Part shown: positions 58,568 through 64,000 of the stretch, piece after piece | Layout: every line of letters begins with the position of its first letter | Numbering within the stretch: position 1 is the first letter of the stretch | NCBI GenBank assembly: GCA_024276425.1 | Contig: JAJRXF010000180.1 | Span: forward strand, 8,804 to 72,803 | DNA: 64,000 bases | Source of the DNA: Actinomycetes bacterium | GTDB taxonomy: Bacteria > Actinomycetota > Acidimicrobiia > Acidimicrobiales > SZUA-35 | Direction of reading: 5' to 3' | Translations under genes and position numbers: made by a program | Notes under the pieces: model-generated | The model's database searches: none | What the model was told of the DNA's origin: nothing | What the model saw: the letters and a program-made list of their open reading frames with translations, nothing else

Positions 58568-60250
58568 ATGACCAAGGCGTCCACTGAGCTGGCGGCTGAG
58601 CAAGCCCTCCTTCGTCATGTCCAAGCCGTGCATGAGGCTCACCTTACGCGAGCCAAACGTCAGGCTCGTTCACTTGCAGCCGAAGCCGCTGAGGCCAGTG
58701 AGGAGGGAATCCGTGACATTGTCGACGAGGACGCCGAAGCCGACACCGCAGTCCGGGCGGCCCTTGTGCGCCAGACTTCGGCCCGGGCTATGCATGGGTT
58801 TCGGCGAGCGGCTGAGCTTGAGGCCATGGGTCAAGCCCTGACCTTTGGACACACCACCAACGAAAACGGCGAGCGAACATCGGTGGGACGATTAACGGTT
58901 GTGGATGAAGATGACGTTCTTCTCATCGACTGGCGGGCGAGGGCCGCTATGCCCTTCTACCGGGCAACACCCATGGCAAGACTCGGCGTTCGTCACCGCC
59001 GGCATCTTCACTACCGGGGCAATGAGCTGGTTGACTATTCCGACGAACTCTTCGAGCTCGAGGACTTTCCCAACAACGACGATGACTCGACAGAACTCCG
59101 AGGCGAGGCAGCCATTCTCGCCGCCGTTCGGGCGCCGACTCAGTCGCAAATGCGCTCCGTTGTGGCCACCATCCAGGCCGAACAGGACGCTGTCATCCGG
59201 GCCCCCAGCGATTCTACGCTGGTAGTTCAGGGAGCCCCAGGGACTGGCAAGACCGTCGTTGCTCTTCACCGAGCGGCCTACCTTCTCTATGATCAGCGGG
59301 ACAAGCTCTCCGAATCCGGCGTCCTTATCGTCGGGCCGAGTAGAGAGTTCTTGGCCTACATCGCGGGTGTGCTCCCATCCTTGGGTGAAACCGGTGTGGT
59401 CTCGGTGACGATCGAAAAGCTCTATCCAGGAGTGCTCCTTGGACGAGATGAGGACCCCGTCGTCGCCCGAATCAAGGGGCAAGAGATCATGGCGGAGTTG
59501 CTGTCAAACGCAGTCGGCAACCGCCAGCGTCGCCCCAAAAACGAGCTTTTGGTTTGGTACGGGGCCAACCGGGTTCACCTTGAGTGCGAACAACTTGACT
59601 CCATCTACCAGCGAGCCAAACGTGAGCCAAACCACAATGCCGGAGCCAACACATTTCGGCGGGAAATCATCGAGGCCTTGTCCTCCATTGTTCATGATCC
59701 ATCCTTTTCTAACCTTGAGGATGCCCGAGAAAGTTTTCGTGCCGATCCACAAGTCGAAGAGTTCCTGCTCCGCCACTGGCCACCTCTGACTCCCGAACAG
59801 GCGCTCAACGACCTGTTGGGGTCCCACGCTCTGTTGCGGCTAGCGAACCGCTCCACCGGGCTCTCGGCCACCGAAGTCAAGTTGCTTTACCGTCCCCGCG
59901 TCTCCGAACGCCAGTTGGGGCAGACACGCTGGACCAATGCCGACATTGCTCTGCTAGATGAGTTGCTCCACCTCGTTGGTGGACCCCTCGGCGGCCAAAC
60001 CGAAGACGAGCGAGTTCGGGAACGGGACGAGGCGGACGAGTTCGAACTCGCAATGTTAGAGGGCGATGAGGACGGAGGCGGAACGGCTGTACCATCCGGG
60101 ATCAGTTTCGACTATGCCCAAGCCATTCTGGATGATTCCGAGGCTCGCGCCGATGATCATCCAGATCTCCTCGATGAACCCGGCGTACTTCGCCTCGATG
60201 ATCCGGCTTTCGATCAGTTCGGACGAAGAGACACGGGGTACTGGGCATGA
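58568..60250 (+). CDS. HelD/HelR-like SF1 ATPase, N-terminal part
   Basis: DWRARAAMPFYRAT, MRSVVATIQAEQD, Walker A GAPGTGKT, ALHRAAYLLY, VLPSLGE. Confidence 0.85.
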   Translation: MTKASTELAAEQALLRHVQAVHEAHLTRAKRQARSLAAEAAEASEEGIRDIVDEDAEADTAVRAALVRQTSARAMHGFRRAAELEAMGQALTFGHTTNENGERTSVGRLTVVDEDDVLLIDWRARAAMPFYRATPMARLGVRHRRHLHYRGNELVDYSDELFELEDFPNNDDDSTELRGEAAILAAVRAPTQSQMRSVVATIQAEQDAVIRAPSDSTLVVQGAPGTGKTVVALHRAAYLLYDQRDKLSESGVLIVGPSREFLAYIAGVLPSLGETGVVSVTIEKLYPGVLLGRDEDPVVARIKGQEIMAELLSNAVGNRQRRPKNELLVWYGANRVHLECEQLDSIYQRAKREPNHNAGANTFRREIIEALSSIVHDPSFSNLEDARESFRADPQVEEFLLRHWPPLTPEQALNDLLGSHALLRLANRSTGLSATEVKLLYRPRVSERQLGQTRWTNADIALLDELLHLVGGPLGGQTEDERVRERDEADEFELAMLEGDEDGGGTAVPSGISFDYAQAILDDSEARADDHPDLLDEPGVLRLDDPAFDQFGRRDTGYWA

Positions 60251-61005
60251 GCGATCGGATTATTCGCGCGGTTGACAACAACGAACCTTTGCTGGATGGT
60301 GAAGGCCAACCCATCTCCGAACTCGAACTAGATCGGGTCGATTCGGCCGTCGATCAAGGGACAACGGTGGCCGAACTTGCCGCCGATCAGCGAGCTTGGC
60401 GATTCGGTCACGTAATTGTCGATGAGGCCCAAGATCTGACCCCGATGCAGTGGCGAATGGTGGCAAGACGCACGAGAGGCCAATCCATGACCGTGGTCGG
60501 TGATCTGGCCCAGCGTTCCATCGGGAAGCCCGGCCATTGGCGGGATCACTTGCCACCTTCGATAACCCGAGTCTCCTATCAGGAGCTAACAATAAACTAT
60601 CGAGCCCCGGCAGAGGTCAATGAATTGGCTAGGGCTATCTTGTCCGAACTCGCCCCGCAACTTCAGGCACCACGCTCGATTCGGTCAGTCGGCAAGTTGC
60701 CAACGGCCCTGCGAGTTGAAGACCTATCTTGTGCCCTACCGAATCTGGTCACCGAGACCAACAGTCGCCTCGCCGAGGGAACCTTGGCCGTCATCGGGTT
60801 CGACCTTGAACCCGCACCGCAACACTTCTCCCCTTGGCAGGCCAAGGGGCTCGAATTTGACTCGGTCATCATCGTCGAGCCAGCCAGGATTCTGGAAGAA
60901 GAGTTCGGCCTCAGCCTGTTGTATGTTGCTGTCACTCGCTCGACTCGTGAGCTTCAGATAATCCACAGCCGGCCTCTGCCCCCGGTTCTGGCACGAGTTC
61001 TCTAG
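60247..61005 (+). CDS. HelD/HelR-like SF1 ATPase, C-terminal part
   Basis: Walker B HVIVDEAQD, VGDLAQ, LTINYR, AKGLEFD, LYVAVTR; ATGA overlap with the N-terminal part. Confidence 0.85.
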   Translation: MSDRIIRAVDNNEPLLDGEGQPISELELDRVDSAVDQGTTVAELAADQRAWRFGHVIVDEAQDLTPMQWRMVARRTRGQSMTVVGDLAQRSIGKPGHWRDHLPPSITRVSYQELTINYRAPAEVNELARAILSELAPQLQAPRSIRSVGKLPTALRVEDLSCALPNLVTETNSRLAEGTLAVIGFDLEPAPQHFSPWQAKGLEFDSVIIVEPARILEEEFGLSLLYVAVTRSTRELQIIHSRPLPPVLARVL

Positions 61006-61020
61006 AGCTAGAGTCGGGCC

Positions 61021-61614
61021 ATGCGCTGTCTGGTCGTTCACGCCCACCCCGACCCCAGTTCCTACAGCGCCTCCCTGCTTCAAGCTGCCGTCAATGGCCT
61101 CGAAACCGGAGGCCACCAGGTTGACGTTTTGGACCTCTATGACATGAACTACCGAGCGTCCATGACCGGGCAGGAGCATCGTGACTACTACACCATCGCC
61201 GAGAATCACCCCGATCCTGTGGTGGCGAAACACATCGACCTGGTCAAAGCTGCTGAGATGTTGGTGTTTGTCTACCCGACCTGGTGGAGTGGATTGCCGG
61301 CCCTTATGAAGGCTTGGCTTGACCGAACCCTGCTCCCTGGGGTGTCGTTCGTCAAAAACGAAAAGACGGGGAAGGTTTCGCCTGCCCTTGGCAACGTGCG
61401 CCATCTGGTTTGTGTAACCACCACGGGTTCAACGTCTTGGAGGATTCGTTTGGTGGGCGATGCCGGTCGGCGAACGATCATGCGAACAATCCGTCTGGTT
61501 TGCCATTGGCGATGCCGTCGACATTGGTTCTGCCTGTCTTCAATCGATTCCACCACGCCGGATGAGAGAAGCAACTTCTTGGCCGATGTCTCTCGATCAT
61601 TGGCCACCCTATGA
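61021..61614 (+). CDS. NAD(P)H:quinone oxidoreductase, flavodoxin-like fold (MdaB/KefF family)
   Basis: AHPDPSS, DLY, PTWWSGLPALMKAWLDR. Confidence 0.88.
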   Translation: MRCLVVHAHPDPSSYSASLLQAAVNGLETGGHQVDVLDLYDMNYRASMTGQEHRDYYTIAENHPDPVVAKHIDLVKAAEMLVFVYPTWWSGLPALMKAWLDRTLLPGVSFVKNEKTGKVSPALGNVRHLVCVTTTGSTSWRIRLVGDAGRRTIMRTIRLVCHWRCRRHWFCLSSIDSTTPDERSNFLADVSRSLATL

Positions 61615-62228
61615 CACCCAAGCAAATACGACGTCGGACGGTCAAGCCAGCGAAATCCCTCGTTGTCCACTACCACCCACGTCGGGACTCGCTCGGTCAG
61701 GCAGCCACAGATCGGGTCTTGGGTGGACTCAGCCAGGCTGGCCACGCGGTTCGAATTCTCAACCTTGCCGAGGACTTCGATCCAGTCATGTCCCAACAGG
61801 AGTGGCAGATCTACAGCGAACCTCGACCGGAGCCGCAGTTGCACACCCACTTCGAGGCCCTGCGGTGGGCGACCAGGCTGATCCTGGTGTACCCAACCTG
61901 GTACGGGGGACAACCCGCTCCTCTCAAGGGGTGGTTCGATCGGGTTTGGATTAGGGGAGTGGCCTGGGATCTTCCTGCTGGTGGGGCCCGTCTGCGCCCT
62001 CGACTCACGAACATCAAAAAGATCGAGATCGTCACGACCCATGGCTCGTCTCGACTCATCAACTTTGTCCAGGGGAACCCGGGACGGATCACCGCCTTTC
62101 GAACCCTGAGGCTTGTTTGCCATCCTCTCTGTCGAACCCGCTGGACCGCCCTGTACAAGCTCGACGAGCAGACACCGGAAACCATCGCTGCCTGGCTCGA
62201 CCGAGTTGAAAAGCGCTACAGCCAATGA
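61611..62228 (+). CDS. NAD(P)H:quinone oxidoreductase, flavodoxin-like fold (second paralogue)
   Basis: YHPRRDS, FDPV, PTWYGGQPAPLKGWFDRV, TTHGS. Confidence 0.88.
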   Translation: MTPKQIRRRTVKPAKSLVVHYHPRRDSLGQAATDRVLGGLSQAGHAVRILNLAEDFDPVMSQQEWQIYSEPRPEPQLHTHFEALRWATRLILVYPTWYGGQPAPLKGWFDRVWIRGVAWDLPAGGARLRPRLTNIKKIEIVTTHGSSRLINFVQGNPGRITAFRTLRLVCHPLCRTRWTALYKLDEQTPETIAAWLDRVEKRYSQ

Positions 62229-63235
62229 ATCCGGCTGAACGCCCGGAGTCGCGGCCTGAGCGGCATCCGGCCTTCATCCAGCCAATGAGAGCTAAGTCTG
62301 GGTCGTTGCCGACGGCTGAAGGCTGGTCATATGAGTTGAAGTGGGATGGAATGCGCCTTCAAGCCAGTGTCTTGCCAGTTGCTCAAGGATCACCTCCGAG
62401 CCTTGAATTGCGCTCTGGTTCAGGTCGGGTTCTAACCTCAACGTTTCCCGACCTTGCATCGCTGGCTGAGGCAGTGGACCTTCGGGTTGTTCTTGACGGA
62501 GAGCTCGTTGTTTTTGACCAGGGCCGGCCAAACTTCTCCCGTCTGCAGCAACGGATCCATGTAGCAGACCCGAGTACCAGCCTGCTCCAAACACATCCCG
62601 TGGTCTTTATCGTCTTTGATCTGTTGCGCCTCGACGACTCCGATGTCACTTCTCTTCCCTACCATGACCGGCGTCGTCTTCTTCGATCGATTCTGGCTGA
62701 TGGCCCGAACTGGCGGGTGCCGTCCCATGTCGATGAAGACGGTCAGCAGTTGCTGGATCTGGCCAGAGCCCACGACCTTGAGGGTATTGTCGCCAAGCGA
62801 ACCCAGGGGGTGTACCGACCCAATAGTCGGGCTGGCGAATGGATCAAGATCAAACTACGCCGCCGTCAAGACTTCGTCGTTGGTGGCTGGCTGCCGGGCG
62901 CAGGCGGGCTTCGGGACCGTGTGGGGTCACTCCTGGTTGGAGTCCGTGACGGCGGGGAGCTTCGCTTTGCTGGCGCTGTTGGGTCGGGGTTAACCGACCA
63001 AATGCGGCAATACTTTCTTGAAAATCTGGATCCAACCATAACTTGTCCATTCTCCGTCGTTCCCAAACTCAGCAAGCCTCCCACCTGGACCGAACCGCGG
63101 CTCGTGATCGAAGTCGCCTACTGCGAGTGGGGTCACGGTCAGCATTTGCGTCACCCGGTTTTCGTTGGTCTTCGTCTCGACACCGATCCCAGCCAAGTCT
63201 TCGCGGACAGGATGCAGCCGGACAACCAGATCTAG
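62225..63235 (+). CDS. ATP-dependent DNA ligase, LigD ligase-domain type
   Basis: YELKWDGMR (motif I), LDGELV, FDLL, LEGIVAKR, WIKIK, LRHPVFVGLR. Confidence 0.9.
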   Translation: MNPAERPESRPERHPAFIQPMRAKSGSLPTAEGWSYELKWDGMRLQASVLPVAQGSPPSLELRSGSGRVLTSTFPDLASLAEAVDLRVVLDGELVVFDQGRPNFSRLQQRIHVADPSTSLLQTHPVVFIVFDLLRLDDSDVTSLPYHDRRRLLRSILADGPNWRVPSHVDEDGQQLLDLARAHDLEGIVAKRTQGVYRPNSRAGEWIKIKLRRRQDFVVGGWLPGAGGLRDRVGSLLVGVRDGGELRFAGAVGSGLTDQMRQYFLENLDPTITCPFSVVPKLSKPPTWTEPRLVIEVAYCEWGHGQHLRHPVFVGLRLDTDPSQVFADRMQPDNQI

Positions 63236-63274
63236 TCGCCGCCAACTGGCCCGCACCCTAGAGTGGGGAACACG

Positions 63275-63625
63275 ATGGCCTCCACCTCTGACGAAGAAAT
63301 GCGGGTGACCTTCCCCGCCAGCAACGGATTCGCCGCAGTTGGCCGGGTTGCTGCGGCCGGCCTCGCCTTCCGGCTCGGGTTCGACGTCGGCCAGGTCGAG
63401 AACCTGCGGCTGGCGGTGGAGCAGATCACCACCACCCTGGCCGGTGAGGGCTCCATCGACATGACAGGTCGGTGGAATGATGTTTCTCTTTCCCTCGAGT
63501 TAAAGAACCCAGCTGTCAACCTGCCACCACCAAGCACAGAAAATCTGCTGGAACTCCTGAGTTCATTAGTGAACCATTGCAGCATCGAAGACCAGACAAT
63601 CCATCTGTTGATCAATAGGCCCTAA
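63275..63625 (+). CDS. Anti-sigma factor (RsbW-like) fold protein, probably degenerate
   Basis: FPA...VGRVAAAGLAFRLGFD..QVENLRLAVE...LLSSLV pattern; ATP-binding Asn/Gly boxes not evident. Confidence 0.6.
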   Translation: MASTSDEEMRVTFPASNGFAAVGRVAAAGLAFRLGFDVGQVENLRLAVEQITTTLAGEGSIDMTGRWNDVSLSLELKNPAVNLPPPSTENLLELLSSLVNHCSIEDQTIHLLINRP

Positions 63626-63646
63626 CACGCCTAGTCGGAGAGACAC

Positions 63647-64000
63647 TCAACCGGAGCTTCCAAACCCCTGTGATCCACGATCGTCGGGGGCAGGTGGGAG
63701 TTCGAGGCTCGGGAGGAGCGAGAACCCAGCGAAGGGAAGCACAAGCAGTTGAGCGACTCGATCGCCTCTGGAAACGGTGTAAGCGTCAGTCGAAGTGTTG
63801 AGGAGGATGACCTTCACTTCACCGCGATACCCAGAGTCGATCAGACCCGGCGCGTTGAGGACTGTGATCCCATGGTTAAGTGCAAGGCCTGAACGAGGCA
63901 AAACTAGACCGAAAGCTCCCTCCGGGATGGCGATTGAGAAACCAGTGGGAATCAGGGCTCTTTGACCCGCCTCGATGGTCGTTTCGTGTCTGGCGGGTAA
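63647..64000 (-). CDS. dut: dUTP diphosphatase (5' end outside the window)
   Basis: Open to the window edge: LIPTGFSIAIPEG, PRSGLA, NAPGLIDSGYRGE, GDRVAQL, RGSQGFGSSG. Confidence 0.95.
   Translation of the reverse strand, partial: LPARHETTIEAGQRALIPTGFSIAIPEGAFGLVLPRSGLALNHGITVLNAPGLIDSGYRGEVKVILLNTSTDAYTVSRGDRVAQLLVLPFAGFSLLPSLELPPAPDDRGSQGFGSSG

Overview
GC-rich bacterial chromosome segment, very probably from an actinomycete (mshA-ybjN-proC-hem neighbourhood, RsiG/AmfC homologue); class Acidimicrobiia is my inference. The first ~36 kb is a respiratory super-cluster, almost all on the minus strand. It begins with a small membrane protein, a 2x[4Fe-4S] ferredoxin, a split b6-type Rieske/cytochrome b complex, a dihaem cytochrome c and an unknown membrane protein. 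A complete 14-subunit complex I (nuoA-N) follows, then an antisense dusB, then glgB coupled to a second 11-subunit complex I-like operon lacking nuoEFG. A divergent membrane cytochrome c closes the cluster. The rest holds a DUF4214 metalloprotease, hemACDBL, housekeeping genes, tRNA-Lys(UUU), two glutaminyl cyclase paralogues, a split HelD-like helicase, a LigD-type ligase and a partial dut. I found no mobile elements or CRISPR arrays. The most unusual signals are: a recurring IP[EA]xL[LR][EK]R[SA] peptide (4 copies in 3 unrelated proteins); a ~170-aa helical insertion in one NuoL; the ferredoxin-linked b6-type complex beside a headless complex I with Trp at the quinone-site Tyr; and active-site substitutions in a glutaminyl cyclase and a SAM hydrolase/halogenase-family protein. 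All calls come from motif recognition only; no database searches were run.
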